From the NCBI GenBank assembly GCA_963817895.1, contig CAWFQB010000002.1, positions 416,001 through 480,000 on the forward strand: DNA of 64,000 nucleotides. Direction: 5' to 3'. Below, in pieces: positions 42,148 through 52,683 of this stretch (position 1 is its first letter; every line of letters begins with the position of its first letter). The DNA is from an uncultured Chthonomonadaceae bacterium (GTDB taxonomy: Bacteria; Armatimonadota; Chthonomonadetes; Chthonomonadales; Chthonomonadaceae). The position numbers were made by a program, and so were the translations under genes. The notes under the pieces are model-generated. The model saw only the letters and a program-made list of their open reading frames with translations, ran no database searches and was not told the DNA's origin.

Positions 42148-43344
42148 GTGGAAAACAATCGTCCCCCTATTTCGGAAGAACCAGACCCGCCGGACGCAGA
42201 CGCGGAAGCGGCTGTCGGAACTGGAACCCCTGCCGTTCCCCATCGTCAGCGTCCTGATGCTTCTGATTATCACGGCCCTGTTTCTGGTGATGTGAAGATG
42301 GGACAGGGAGATGTTCGGCGCGTGGCGTACTTGTTTGGCGACAAGGAGAACGATCTTATCCGCGCAGGACAATGGTGGCGGCTGATCACGCCTGTTTTCC
42401 TGCATGGCGGCTGGGAGCATCTGCTTGCCAACAGCCTGACGCTGGCGCTGCTTGGTATGCCGATGGAGCGCATTTACGGGTCGCGCAAATTCTTTCTGAT
42501 TTATATGCTGGCGGGAATTGCGGGCAATGTGAGCAGTTACCTGTTTTCCCCCGCCACATCGCTTGGCGCGTCGGGCGCGTTGTACGGACTGATGGGCGCG
42601 GGGCTGGTGTTTCCGTTGCGTTTCAAGCGTTTCATTGATCCGCGCGCCCGTAAAGCGTTCCTGACCCAACTGGTGTGGGCTGCCGGCATCAATCTGAGCC
42701 TGAACTTCTGGCCGAACACGGGCCTGCATCTGGACAAATTCGCGCATATCGGCGGAATGATTGGCGGGGGATTGGCGGCGTTGATATGGATGCCGGATGT
42801 ACTGGAAGAGGAACCGGCTCTCCCCTCTCAGCCGCTCGTTCTCTGGAGCGCGGTCGGGGTGATGCTGTTTACGGTGGGCATGGCTGGCTGGCTGCAATGG
42901 CAATCCGCGCAAAACACGAAACGGAGCGTCGCGCCCTATTACACGCTGAACCCGGAGGACCCCTGGTGGGGGTTACAGATTCCGGCGGGTTGGATACCCC
43001 GCGATACGGTCGGGCAGGAGGGGGTTGCATGGCAGGGACCGGATCATGCCACTCTGCAAATTCTGGACAATCAGGACGACCCTCAAATGTTGCAGGAGAC
43101 AGACGACGACCTGAAAACGCGCAAAGCGCAGAGGACGCCCTGTGCTGTGGACGGCAAGGACGGCATAAAGGCCGTCTACACAAACAACGATACTACAGTA
43201 GAACTGCACCGCATTGTTACGGACGGGCGCACCATCAACATCCTGCTGACCTGCCCCACCTCCGCCTGGCCGCGCGTACAGCCGACCTTTGAAGCCGTAA
43301 TTGCCGGCATACGTTTTATTCACGCGCCGAGGTTAGGGAAGTAG
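42148..43344 (+). CDS. Rhomboid protease with C-terminal soluble domain
   Basis: WWRLIT..FLH, HLLAN, GASG, AHIGG; first TM appears in another frame (~42240-42295). Confidence 0.88.
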   Translation: MENNRPPISEEPDPPDADAEAAVGTGTPAVPHRQRPDASDYHGPVSGDVKMGQGDVRRVAYLFGDKENDLIRAGQWWRLITPVFLHGGWEHLLANSLTLALLGMPMERIYGSRKFFLIYMLAGIAGNVSSYLFSPATSLGASGALYGLMGAGLVFPLRFKRFIDPRARKAFLTQLVWAAGINLSLNFWPNTGLHLDKFAHIGGMIGGGLAALIWMPDVLEEEPALPSQPLVLWSAVGVMLFTVGMAGWLQWQSAQNTKRSVAPYYTLNPEDPWWGLQIPAGWIPRDTVGQEGVAWQGPDHATLQILDNQDDPQMLQETDDDLKTRKAQRTPCAVDGKDGIKAVYTNNDTTVELHRIVTDGRTINILLTCPTSAWPRVQPTFEAVIAGIRFIHAPRLGK

Positions 43345-43430
43345 GTTGTTAGTTGTTAGTTCGATAGAACTAGCTAATTTTGCCAACTTAATAGACCTAT
43401 TTGCCTAACAACTAACAACCTAACAACCTA
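43342..43430. repeat. Paired inverted tandem repeats, family A
   Basis: Arms 43342-43361 / 43404-43430, each containing the stop codon of a convergent gene. Confidence 0.88.
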
Positions 43431-44210
43431 CTTCCTTTCTATCGGCACAATGATCTCTTGTTGAGCCACTTTGTTGTCGTTCGCGGTCCAGAAGGAGAGC
43501 GCGACATGGACGTTCGGCCCGGCAATGCCATGCGGCAGGGGCAGGCGCAGCGTTGTGGTTCCGGCAGCGTCGAAGTGACCGGTGGCGTAGGTTGTTGTAT
43601 TCGAGTCGTGGGGCGCGTTGTCGGCGGCCAGTTCGGCATGGTAGGTAAGCGGTTCCAGCATAGCGGCCTTTACCGCATCGGCCTGCATGGAGACAACAAG
43701 CGTCCCGCTCGCCGGAGGCAGTCGCCGTCCATTCGCTATGGGTGGCGGTAATGGGTGGCAGCGTCAGGTTTTCGGCAGGCTGTGACTGCAAATGCAGAAC
43801 GCGCGCAATCAGGCCAAACGGCCCCAGCGCGGCCCGTTGGCTTTGTACCACCTCGAGGCTGCTCAGAGCAAGAACAAGCGCGGTGGCGGCGTAGGCCAGG
43901 GTTCGGGGCCGGAATAGCGTCGCGCAGATTGTCCAGACTCCACCCCGCGCTCCTGACCGGGGGCGCGGAATCTGGCGTGTTCCGCTTCCAAGTGCGCTTC
44001 CAGAGCGTGCATAATCCCGGCATGAAGGCGGGCCGGCGGTTCTACATAGGCGACTTGATCCAGTTGTGTCCAGACGAGTCGCAACGCGACCATCTCTTCG
44101 CGGCAGGCGGGACAGGCCGCCAGATGGTTATCCACGCTGACCGTCATGGCCGGGTCCAGCGCGCGTTCGATGTAGTCCGAAAAAAATTCGTTTGCCTGTT
44201 GACAGTGCAT
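43428..44210 (-). CDS. Anti-sigma factor (zf-HC2), frameshifted
   Basis: MHC...S.YI...HLAACPAC; directly downstream of ECF sigma factor. Confidence 0.75.
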
Positions 44211-44223
44211 GGCGGTTCCTGAG

Positions 44224-44325
44224 AGTTGTTAGGTTGTTAGGTTGTTAGTTGTTACGTCTTTAGGTTTACATGTGAAACTACTTCTGAGAACCTGATAACC
44301 TAACAACTAACAACCTAACAACCTA
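44224..44325. repeat. Paired inverted tandem repeats, family A
   Basis: Arms 44224-44254 / 44297-44325. Confidence 0.9.
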
Positions 44326-44359
44326 CCGAATGATTGCCTTTGGTTTGACGACACCCTTT

Positions 44360-44939
44360 TTAGAATAGTTCCTTCAGGGGCGTAAGTTTTTCGCGCAGGG
44401 TCAGGCGGGCGCGGTTCAGCCGGGATTTCACGGTTCCAATCGGCAGGGCCAGCACGTCGGCGATCTCCTCGTAGGAGAGTCCCTCCGTGTGGTACAGCAC
44501 AATCATGGCGCGTTGGTAGTCGGGCAGGGTATCAATGGCGGTTTGGAGCATATCGCGGCGCTCATGGGCTTCGGCAAGCAGAGCGGGCGTTGGGGAGGGG
44601 TCTTCCACCTGGCGGGCAACGCTGTTTTCTTCCAGTTCAATGTACTCTTCGAGCGAAAGATGCTGTTTGTTGCGCGAACGCTTGCGGCGATCCAGATAGA
44701 CATTCGTGACGATGCGAAACAGCCACGTTGAGAAATTCGAGTTCGCCGCGAAACAGCTTCAACGCCTGAAACACGCGAATAAACGCATCCACGCTGATGT
44801 CATTGGCCTCGTCGTAGTGACCGCTCAGGCGATAAGCCAGATTGTACACCCGCTTTTCGTAGCCCTGTATGAGCATATCGAAGGCGCGGCGGTCGCCCTG
44901 TTTGCACTTTTCAATTAAGAGTCGTTCGGTGTTGTCCAT
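44360..44939 (-). CDS. ECF sigma-70 factor (frameshift ~44740)
   Basis: GDRRAF, FSTWLFRI in the shifted frame, LSYEEIA..L..PIGTVKSRLNRAR. Confidence 0.92.
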
Positions 44940-44943
44940 GAGT

Positions 44944-45024
44944 TAGATACTAGATACGAGATATGAGATACGAGGGCTTGATGCTGAACACTTGTCCTTT
45001 CTCGTATCTCGTATCTCGTATCTC
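44944..45024. repeat. Paired inverted tandem repeats, family C
   Basis: AGATACGAGATATGAGATACGAG / CTCGTATCTCGTATCTCA. Confidence 0.88.
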
Positions 45025-45532
45025 ATCCCTTATTTCCCAGTTCGCGCAGCAGGCGTTCCTCTTCCTGAGAGAGCGTGTGGCTGGGACGGCCATCCTGAAT
45101 GGCTTTGGCGTAAACGCGGATGTCCATGCGGCTGTATACGCTGGTCAGTACCAGGCCGTCACCCTGCGCGTTCAGCAGGGCGAGGGAAAAACTCTGTTCG
45201 CCGCCCACGTCCTCGAAAGCGTCGTAGCGGAGCAGGTGAACGCGCTGCAAGCATCCGGGCATTTGCGCCTGTAGGGTGGCGAGGGCCTGTTCCAGCGCGG
45301 TCATGCGGCGTTCCGTTTGTTCCACTTTGTCCAGGTGCGCGTTCAGCGTTTGTTCCAGATTATGGCCTTCCCCGCCGCGAACAAGAGCATTGAGCCGCAG
45401 CGTAAGCCGTCGCAGGCGCACTGCGCTCGCAATCCAGGCGCACAGCAGGAACGCGACAAGCGCGGTCAGCGTCAGTAGTAACAGGGCGGCGTTGTCGCCG
45501 CGCAGCAAATCGCCGCGTACAATATCAGGCAC
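45023..45532 (-). CDS. DUF4446 family protein
   Basis: N-terminal TM; RYDAFEDVGGEQSFSLALL, YAK.I..G....LS.EE. Confidence 0.85.
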   Translation of the reverse strand: MPDIVRGDLLRGDNAALLLLTLTALVAFLLCAWIASAVRLRRLTLRLNALVRGGEGHNLEQTLNAHLDKVEQTERRMTALEQALATLQAQMPGCLQRVHLLRYDAFEDVGGEQSFSLALLNAQGDGLVLTSVYSRMDIRVYAKAIQDGRPSHTLSQEEERLLRELGNKG

Positions 45533-45544
45533 GAAGTAACCTCA

Positions 45545-45649
45545 CGAGATAGGAGATAGGAGATACGAGATACGAGGGCAATGCGTCCATTGAACCGGAC
45601 GTTCTTTAATGCCTCCTATCTCCTATCTCGTATCTTCTATCTCCTATCT
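45545..45649. repeat. Paired inverted tandem repeats, family C
   Basis: GAGATAGGAGATAGGAGATACGAG / CTCCTATCTCCTATCTCGTATC. Confidence 0.88.
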
Positions 45650-45664
45650 TAAAAGGAAGCCGCT

Positions 45665-46207
45665 ATGTCTCGTTCCGTTCGTCGCCAGGTAGCGTTTGTC
45701 GCTGTGTTTCTCATCGTCGTGCTGGCCTTTGTGACCATGTTTCGCATGGCGGTGGTGCGCGGCAATTCGATGGAGCCTACGTATGTCAACGGCCAACTCG
45801 CGCTGGTGCGGCGGCGCAACGGGTTCAGCCAACCCCTGCGCCACAACGATGTGATTCTGGTGCGCCAGAAGCGGGATGTGATTATCAAGCGCGTGTACCG
45901 TCTGGAGGGCGAAGAGATGACGGACACCTACCCCTATCCGGTAAGTGGAATGCGCGAAGATCTGAAGGACTATTACGAGCAGCAGCCGGTGATGCGCGTA
46001 CTCGGCGGGCCACCCACCCATTACTTTGTTCCGAAAGGGTATCTGGTGGTGCTGGGCGACAATCAGCGCGTGTCGGAAGACAGCCGCGCCTTCGGCCCCG
46101 TTCCCCTGCGCGATGTTCTGGGCGTTGTCGTCAACAGCCCGCCCCCGCCCTACGCCGGGGAAGCGCTACAGTCCCCATTTGCGGGACAGAGCGGACGAAG
46201 GTTTTAG
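45665..46207 (+). CDS. lepB: Signal peptidase I
   Basis: GNSMEPT, IKRV, LGDN..SEDSRAFGPV. Confidence 0.9.
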   Translation: MSRSVRRQVAFVAVFLIVVLAFVTMFRMAVVRGNSMEPTYVNGQLALVRRRNGFSQPLRHNDVILVRQKRDVIIKRVYRLEGEEMTDTYPYPVSGMREDLKDYYEQQPVMRVLGGPPTHYFVPKGYLVVLGDNQRVSEDSRAFGPVPLRDVLGVVVNSPPPPYAGEALQSPFAGQSGRRF

Positions 46208-46308
46208 GGTTTCAGGGTTTTAGGGTTCTATGTGTCAGGCATAAGAGACATTCTCAATATTCGACACCCATTCCCTAAAACCATAGAACCCTAAAACCCT
46301 GAAACCCT
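46199..46308. repeat. Paired inverted repeats, family F (empty version)
   Basis: 27-bp perfect arms 46206-46232 / 46282-46308 with the GTTCTATG variant. Confidence 0.92.
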
Positions 46309-46361
46309 CTCCCTCTCATTGTAGCACTTGCCGTCCCGCTTGTAAATACCGGATTGAAGCC

Positions 46362-46892
46362 ATGAGCAATACTGTACCCGACTTTCCCACTGTTTTATGG
46401 GGTGAAGCCCGCGCGACCTTTGTTCCTATCGGGTCTTTACTGCCTGACGGAAACATTGCAGCGGCTCTGGTATTCGCGTTTGAGGCGGGGCAATTCGCGC
46501 TTGCGGATATTGCGGGGCGCGGGTGGTGCATCCCCGGCGGCAGGCTGGAAGCGGGCGAAACCCCGGAACAGGCGGCGCGGCGGGAAACGTGGGAAGAGAT
46601 CGGCGCGACGCTCGGCCTGCTGCGTCCGCTCGGCCATTGCGTTCTGTTCGATCCCCTGCCCGCCTCGGATGCTTCGCCGCTTGCTCATGCTGAAGAACTT
46701 CCCACCCGCCTGATTGCCATGTACCTTGCCGATGTGCTGACGCGCGCCGAAATCCCGTCCGGCAGCGAATTGCAGGGTGTCCGTCTTGTGCCTTATGAAG
46801 ACCTGCCCGCGTGTTACTTTACGTGGGACGCGCTGATGGAAGCAATGTTCGCTTACGCAAGGGAAAAGGAAAAAGGAGAAAGGAGAAAGTAA
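46362..46892 (+). CDS. NUDIX hydrolase
   Basis: Nudix box GGRLEAGETPEQAARRETWEEIG. Confidence 0.92.
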   Translation: MSNTVPDFPTVLWGEARATFVPIGSLLPDGNIAAALVFAFEAGQFALADIAGRGWCIPGGRLEAGETPEQAARRETWEEIGATLGLLRPLGHCVLFDPLPASDASPLAHAEELPTRLIAMYLADVLTRAEIPSGSELQGVRLVPYEDLPACYFTWDALMEAMFAYAREKEKGERRK

Positions 46893-46933
46893 CGGCAACG
46901 ACGCTTTTGCCTTTCTCCTTTTTCCTTTTTCCT
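46860..46933. repeat. Paired inverted tandem repeats, family L (GGAAAAA/GGAGAAA)
   Basis: GGAAAAGGAAAAAGGAGAAAGG / CCTTTCTCCTTTTTCCTTTTTCC. Confidence 0.8.
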
Positions 46934-47698
46934 CACTGATGCGCTGCCCATAACGCCGCATTGTACAGCACCGTTTGCACATTCTTGTCGAAATACGTCG
47001 GGTAGGTTTCGTGGCCGGGGCGGAAGTAGAACACGCGGCCCGCGCCTTCGCCCTCGCCGACGCCTTTGCCCGGCCCCGATGTAAAGCCTTCCGTTTTGCC
47101 CCGCCCGACTGTCCAGCAGATGCCGCAGGGGAAATATTCGCCGCCGGTGGGAAAGTAGGATTGAAAGACGAGGCATTGAGGCGGCGGAACGTCGAAGGGC
47201 GCGCCGTACATCTCCTCTCAGGGACAGCACAAAATCGGATACGCCTTTCGCAATCGGATGATGGGGGGCGCAAACGGTGATTTCTTCCACATCGGCGGGC
47301 GTTTCCTCGCGCCAGCCGCCCTTGAGATGGCCGGGACAGCCCAATACGGCCTGCAAGGTTTTGGAATAGTGCGCGGAGTGGAGGGCCACAAAGCCCATGC
47401 CGCGCTCATGAACGTGCCAGTACACGCGCATCATGGTATCGTCGCTGACTTCCCGGTGACGGGCATGTCCCCACCAGAACAGCACGTCCGTTTGATGCAA
47501 AACGTCGTCGCGGCAGCCCTGTTCCGGATCATCGAGATTGGCGGCAGTGGCGATGATTTTGCCGTTTCCCATCGCGTTCAAGCCACTCGCAATCGCGCCG
47601 TTGATGCTGTCGGGGTACAGCGATTTGGGCGCGTGCGTGGGCGCTTCATCCCACACCAGTACGCGAATCGGCTTTGTTGCAGTTGTATCGTCTGTCAT
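46933..47698 (-). CDS. ThuA domain protein (frameshift ~47215)
   Basis: IRVLVWDE, DVLFWWGH..H, LHSAHYSK, MYG.PF, FYFRPGHETYP. Confidence 0.9.
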
Positions 47699-47868
47699 TG
47701 GTTTCCCTCTCCTTTGCAATCAAATTGGCGTTGTTTCTGAACTGCTGCAAGGTTGCGCATAAGCAGGCGAAAACCCTGCTTTCTGCGACATGAAATGTGT
47801 AAAGAGTTGTGGCAGCTACCACAATATGACGGCCTGCAAGCGTGGTAAAATAGGATAGGAGGAAATCC

Positions 47869-48141
47869 ATGAAACCAGAATACTATGCTGAAGATGAAGT
47901 GCAGCGGCGTGGGCGGGAACTGTATGAATGCAGTATTCGCGCTCAGGTAGAAACGGAAGCGAACATCGGCAAAATTGTTTCCATAGATATTGAAACAGGC
48001 GATTACGAGATAGATGCAGACTTGCTTGCGGCAGGGGATCGTCTGCTGGCGCGACACCCGGATGCCGCCATTTGGGGGGAACGCATCGGCTATGACGCTG
48101 TTTATGCGGTTGGCGGTGCGCGAACCCGGACAACGCTATGA
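47869..48141 (+). CDS. Small hypothetical protein, partner of aspartic protease
   Basis: RGRELYE..IR..VE...IGKIVSIDIETGDYEI; AGGAGG RBS; ATGA overlap with next gene. Confidence 0.8.
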   Translation: MKPEYYAEDEVQRRGRELYECSIRAQVETEANIGKIVSIDIETGDYEIDADLLAAGDRLLARHPDAAIWGERIGYDAVYAVGGARTRTTL

Positions 48142-48506
48142 TGCAAGGCTACGTCGTTGGTTCGCGGGCATGTTTGCCGGTGGTGATTTCATCGCCTATT
48201 CTGTCGGATGTACGCATCGTATTCGCCATTGATACAGGTTTTGAAGGGGCTTTGACCCTGCCCCTTGCAACAATTATAGCGCTTGGCCTGCCGAAGCAAC
48301 AGGAAATATCCGCCAAATTAGCGGATGGCAGCCTGACAAAAGTAGGCGTGTATCGAGGAAGCATTTTCTGGCACGGCGTAACAGTGAACCTTGCTGTTCT
48401 TGCTATGGATAGCGACCCTCTTCTCGGAACCTCTTTGTTGGACGGCAATCTCCTGTTTATTGATTGGGCAGATCAGGGCGAAGTTCGCATTGAACAGCGT
48501 CCGTAG
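48138..48506 (+). CDS. Clan AA aspartic protease (AF_0612-like)
   Basis: IDTGFEG.L.LP, LADG, PLLG..LL. Confidence 0.88.
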   Translation: MMQGYVVGSRACLPVVISSPILSDVRIVFAIDTGFEGALTLPLATIIALGLPKQQEISAKLADGSLTKVGVYRGSIFWHGVTVNLAVLAMDSDPLLGTSLLDGNLLFIDWADQGEVRIEQRP

Positions 48507-48534
48507 CGTCGAATAAGGTAAGCAACTTCCTGCC

Positions 48535-49350
48535 TTACTCACCGGGGCGCAGGAGTTGTTCGGCGGGTGTGGTGTCGGACGCGGCTTGGGCGGGACGCAA
48601 CAGAATATCCGGGCGCGTGGCGGCGGGTTCGCTGGCCCGTAACAGGGTTTCCGCCTGCTGAAACCGCCCCGTGTTGCTTTCAAGATACAGCAGACACTCC
48701 TGCGCGGCAAGCGCGATGCCCTCCTTCCATTTCGCGGGGTACATCTTTTCATGCAGGCGACGGACGGCGGGAATGGCAGATGCATCTCCAACCTGTTCCA
48801 ATGCCTTTAAGCAGGCGAGCGTCAATTCTTTGTCATGATTGGGATGCTTCAACGGCAGCAATAATGCGGCTTTATCCTCTTTACTCCACAGTGGCGCATG
48901 GTCAGCGCGGATTTGCGGCAACAGGCGTTTGATCGCTCCACGTAAACCTTTTACTCCTACGTGTTCTTGAGCAAACTCCAGGCGCAACATTGGCGCGATA
49001 AAACGAACATCATTCACTTCAGATAATAACTCGCTAACGCGCCTGCCTGCCAAATTGTACTTTTTGGTGTAAATACCTTGTGCCATAGAGGAGATAATTG
49101 TCGTCAGAACTATCTGTAAGAAAGACCCAACGCCCTGATTGGGCAGATGCAGTAGGGCTGCCAACGCACACCCCAACATAAAAATTGCGATGTATACGGC
49201 CCATCCTCGCCGGAAACGCTTTCGTCTATTACGGCTTTCCAGAAGGACGAGTTGCAGCAGGTCGTCGGGCGGCAGGGCGCGGGCGTCGCGCAGGGCGGCG
49301 TCACGAATGGCGGGATCGCGGCTGTTGAGTTGGTTGAGAAGTTGCTGCAA
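48535..49350 (-). CDS. HEAT-repeat membrane protein with triple LLR tail
   Basis: AGGAGG RBS + TTG; LKALEQVGDASAIPAV; LLRAS..ILLRPA..LLRP. Confidence 0.75.
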   Translation of the reverse strand: MQQLLNQLNSRDPAIRDAALRDARALPPDDLLQLVLLESRNRRKRFRRGWAVYIAIFMLGCALAALLHLPNQGVGSFLQIVLTTIISSMAQGIYTKKYNLAGRRVSELLSEVNDVRFIAPMLRLEFAQEHVGVKGLRGAIKRLLPQIRADHAPLWSKEDKAALLLPLKHPNHDKELTLACLKALEQVGDASAIPAVRRLHEKMYPAKWKEGIALAAQECLLYLESNTGRFQQAETLLRASEPAATRPDILLRPAQAASDTTPAEQLLRPGE

Positions 49351-49374
49351 AGATGCGCCTCCTTTTGTCTTGAA

Positions 49375-49541
49375 CCGGCATATAAAATGCCGGGTATTAG
49401 GCCTACGGCCAATTGTCCTGTAGCAGTCCCATTCTGTCATTGAACATACCATTTTGAGTACATATCGCATAGTTTTCTAGAACCTTTTGTTCACCAGACG
49501 ATTGGCCGCAGGCCTAACTACCCGGCATTTTATATGCCGGG
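49375..49541. repeat. Inverted pair of REP-like palindromes
   Basis: CCGGCATATAAAATGCCGGGTATTAGGCCTACGGCCAAT and its near complement at 49501-49541. Confidence 0.85.
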
Positions 49542-49555
49542 TATCCTCAAATGCG

Positions 49556-52212
49556 CTACCGTCCCGCCAATCTTGCTCCCACCGTAGAACCGGGGTACGG
49601 CGTTTGGGAACCTTTGACGGCTTTCCATAAGACGCGATTCAATTCGTCCGGGTCGCAACGGTCGTAGGCGGAAAAGTCCAGTTTCGGCGCAGTTTTGGTA
49701 GAAGCGGTTTTGGCGGGCGTAGCGCGGGCGTTGAGGGCGGCAAGATCGGTACGCGGTTCCAGAACCCGGAACGGCGTCAGATCGGCGCGGTCGCTGAAAC
49801 TGCTGAATAGCGGGGTCGCGCCCGCGTCGTACTGCGTCATGGGCGGCAGGCCGAGCAGCAGTTCCATGCTGCGCAGAAAAGACGACGTGGTGTAAAACGT
49901 GTGGTCTACGGAACGCCGCTTGATGTACGGGCTGACGACAAGCCCAACGGTTCGGTGCGCGTCTACATGGTCCGGGCCGGCCTGCGCGTCGTCCTCAATC
50001 ACGAAAATCGCCGTTTTGGGCCAGAAGTGGGAGTGGCTGACCGCATCCACGATTTTGCCCAATGCGTAATCGTTGGAAGCGACAGCGGCCCAGGGCGTCG
50101 GCTGTCCGGGCGTCAGGCCAACCGTGTGGTCTTCGCCCAGCGACATCACCATGTAGTTGGGCCAGTCGCCGTTTTGTTCCGCCTGCTTCAACTCCTCGAT
50201 GAACGCATCCGCCCGCTGATAATCGCGGCGTTTGCCCTGCCGGGCGGCCAGTTCCCACGCCAGGCTGATGTGTCCGCGCAGGGCGGGCGAGGCCGAGGTG
50301 GCGACGGGCGCGGTTTCCGTATTGGAGGTGAAACTGGTAAACTCGCCGTATGTGCGGTACGTCAGGCCGTGTTTGGCGCAGTTGTCCCACAGATAGCCGC
50401 CGGGTGACGCGGATACCGCTTCGTTTCCGGGCGCGTCCCCGCGTGACGGCGTGGCGTAGTTGCCGGGATACACTTTCTCCGTCCAGTCCGTGCAAAAGGC
50501 CGCGTTGCACCACTGATGCCCGTCTTCCGACACTTCGCCGTTGCAGTACAGGTTGTCCAGCAGAACGAACTGCCGCGCAAGGGCGTGATGGTTGGGCGTG
50601 ACCGTTTCGCCGAACAGGGTTAAATTGGGGTCGCCGTTGCCGCTCTTGATGTCGCCGAACATCTGGTCATAGGTGCGGTTCTCCTTGATGATGTACAGGA
50701 TGTGTTCAATCGGCGATTTATGGCCTACGGAGGACGGAATAACGCTGTGCGCCGGTTTCTCCGCCGTTTGCAGTTAAATAATCGTCGCGATACGGGCAGC
50801 CGGCAATGACCTGTGACGTATACTGCGCCAGTTGTTTGTCGTCCGGCATGTCAATGATGGAAACCGCGCCTTCCAGCGTGGAACAGATGTAATCGAAGGT
50901 GACAACCTGATCGTGATTGGGGCCGTAGGATTGTGTCGGGCCGTTGTTGTAAATGGTCAGGCCCACTCCGCCACCCGACCGGGGAAAGTTCGGCTTGCTG
51001 CGCAGTCCTTTGCCCGCGCCCACAAACAGTTTTTTGCCGTCTTTGGAAACCGCAACCGCAGTGGGATACCAGCCGGTCGGAATAAAGCCGACAACCCGCG
51101 ATTCTTCTGGATGGCTCACGTCAATCACGGCCACGTCGTTGTTGTCCGCGTTGGTCACGAACAGGCGTTTGCCGTCCGGGGCAAGCGCGAGGGCGTTGGG
51201 CGTGCTGCCGGTGGGGGATTTGGGAAACAGACTGGTACGAATGGTTTCCTGAATGGCGTTTGTGGCCGTGTTGACGACGCTCACCGTATTGCTGCCGCGA
51301 ATTCGCCACCCACAGCCGTTTGCCGTCCGTATCGAACAGCAGCGCAACTGGCTGCTGCCCAACCGCAATATCCCCAACTTTCGCCAGCGTGGAAGTCTCG
51401 AATACGGACACGGACGCGCTGCCCTGATTGGTCACGTACAGGCGTTTGTGGTCGGGCGAAAGGGCAACGGCGTTGGGATGGTCGCCCGTTTTCGCGGTTG
51501 CTTTCGCTCTGCCCGTTTGCGGATCCAGCGCAAAGCAGCGTGTCCCGCTGATTGTTCAGCACATAGAGCGCGCCGTCGTCCGGGTTGACCGCGATGCCCG
51601 CGATCCAGGCGTTGGCCTTCGCTGTTTTGGGCCGGATATACGGCGCTTCCCGCCCGATTAGATTGCCGACCGGCAGGGGTTCTTTGCGGATCAAATCGCC
51701 GCCCCGCGCGTTCCAGCCGAACCGCCACAGCAGCCCGCGCCCGCCGCCCGACACGTACAAGTCGGGCAGGCTGTCACCTCGGCCCGTTGCGCCTGCCGCG
51801 CCATTCGTGGAAGTCGCAGCAGCCGTTGAGCCGAAGCGGGAACTGGCCCGAACGCCATGCCTTCCCACGTTTGATCCAGCGTTTGCGTGGTCTGTACCTG
51901 CTCGTTGTTGGCGTCAATGGCGAGAATCTGGCAGGGCGCGTAACCCGCCGTGCTGACCAGCAGCCAGTTGCCGTCCGGCGACAGGCGCATATCAAGGGGC
52001 ATATCTCCCGTTGCGATTTGCCGCCCCGCCGGCTGCAGAACCCACCCGCTCGGCAGCAGAACGCCCTCTTTCGCGACATGCGGCGTATCGGTTCGCGCCC
52101 GCGCCGTTGCCGCCATCTCTCGCGCTTTTTCCGCTGAGTATGACCGGACAGCCCACCATGTCAATGGCGCGGTACATGCCAGTAATGCTGATGCAGTGAT
52201 TTTGAGTCTCAT
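49556..52212 (-). CDS. YVTN beta-propeller + phosphoesterase protein, multiple frameshifts
   Basis: LLPSGW.L.PAG.Q, NADNNDVAV, GFIPTGWYP, IIKENRTYD, EDDAQAGPDHVDAHR. Confidence 0.88.
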
Positions 52213-52224
52213 TTTTCTTTCCGT

Positions 52225-52246
52225 TACCCGGCATTTTATATGCCGG
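52225..52246. repeat. REP-like palindrome
   Basis: TACCCGGCATTTTATATGCCGG, identical to 49519-49540. Confidence 0.85.
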
Positions 52247-52374
52247 ATGCTGTAGACGCTTGTTCCCGATTCTGTTGTTGAGGATAATTCGACGCCACAG
52301 GCAGGAATTCCCGCCATGCAGGTACAATGGAGAGAGAAATCTATATCCAATCTCCGTAAAGGAACCAACAACCT

Positions 52375-52677
52375 ATGGTAGAGCATATTGTGCTGTTTCG
52401 CTGGAACGCCGACGCCACGCCCGACGCCATTGAAAGCGCCCTGACCGAACTCCGCGCCCTGAAAACCAAAATACCCGGCATTCTCGACCTGACCTGCGGC
52501 GCAAACTTCACTGACCGGGGCAAAGACTTCACGCATGGCCTGATCGTCCGCTTCACGGACAAAGCCGCGCTTGAAGCTTATGGCCCGCATCCCGAACACC
52601 AGCGCGTCGTGCAGAACTTCATCAATCCCATCCGCGCCGACATTCTCGCTCTCGACTACGAGGCATATCCCGTGTAA
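52375..52677 (+). CDS. Dabb (stress-responsive A/B barrel) protein
   Basis: MVEHIVLF, IPGI, FTHGL, Y..HPEH, LDY. Confidence 0.92.
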   Translation: MVEHIVLFRWNADATPDAIESALTELRALKTKIPGILDLTCGANFTDRGKDFTHGLIVRFTDKAALEAYGPHPEHQRVVQNFINPIRADILALDYEAYPV

Positions 52678-52683
52678 TTCGCT

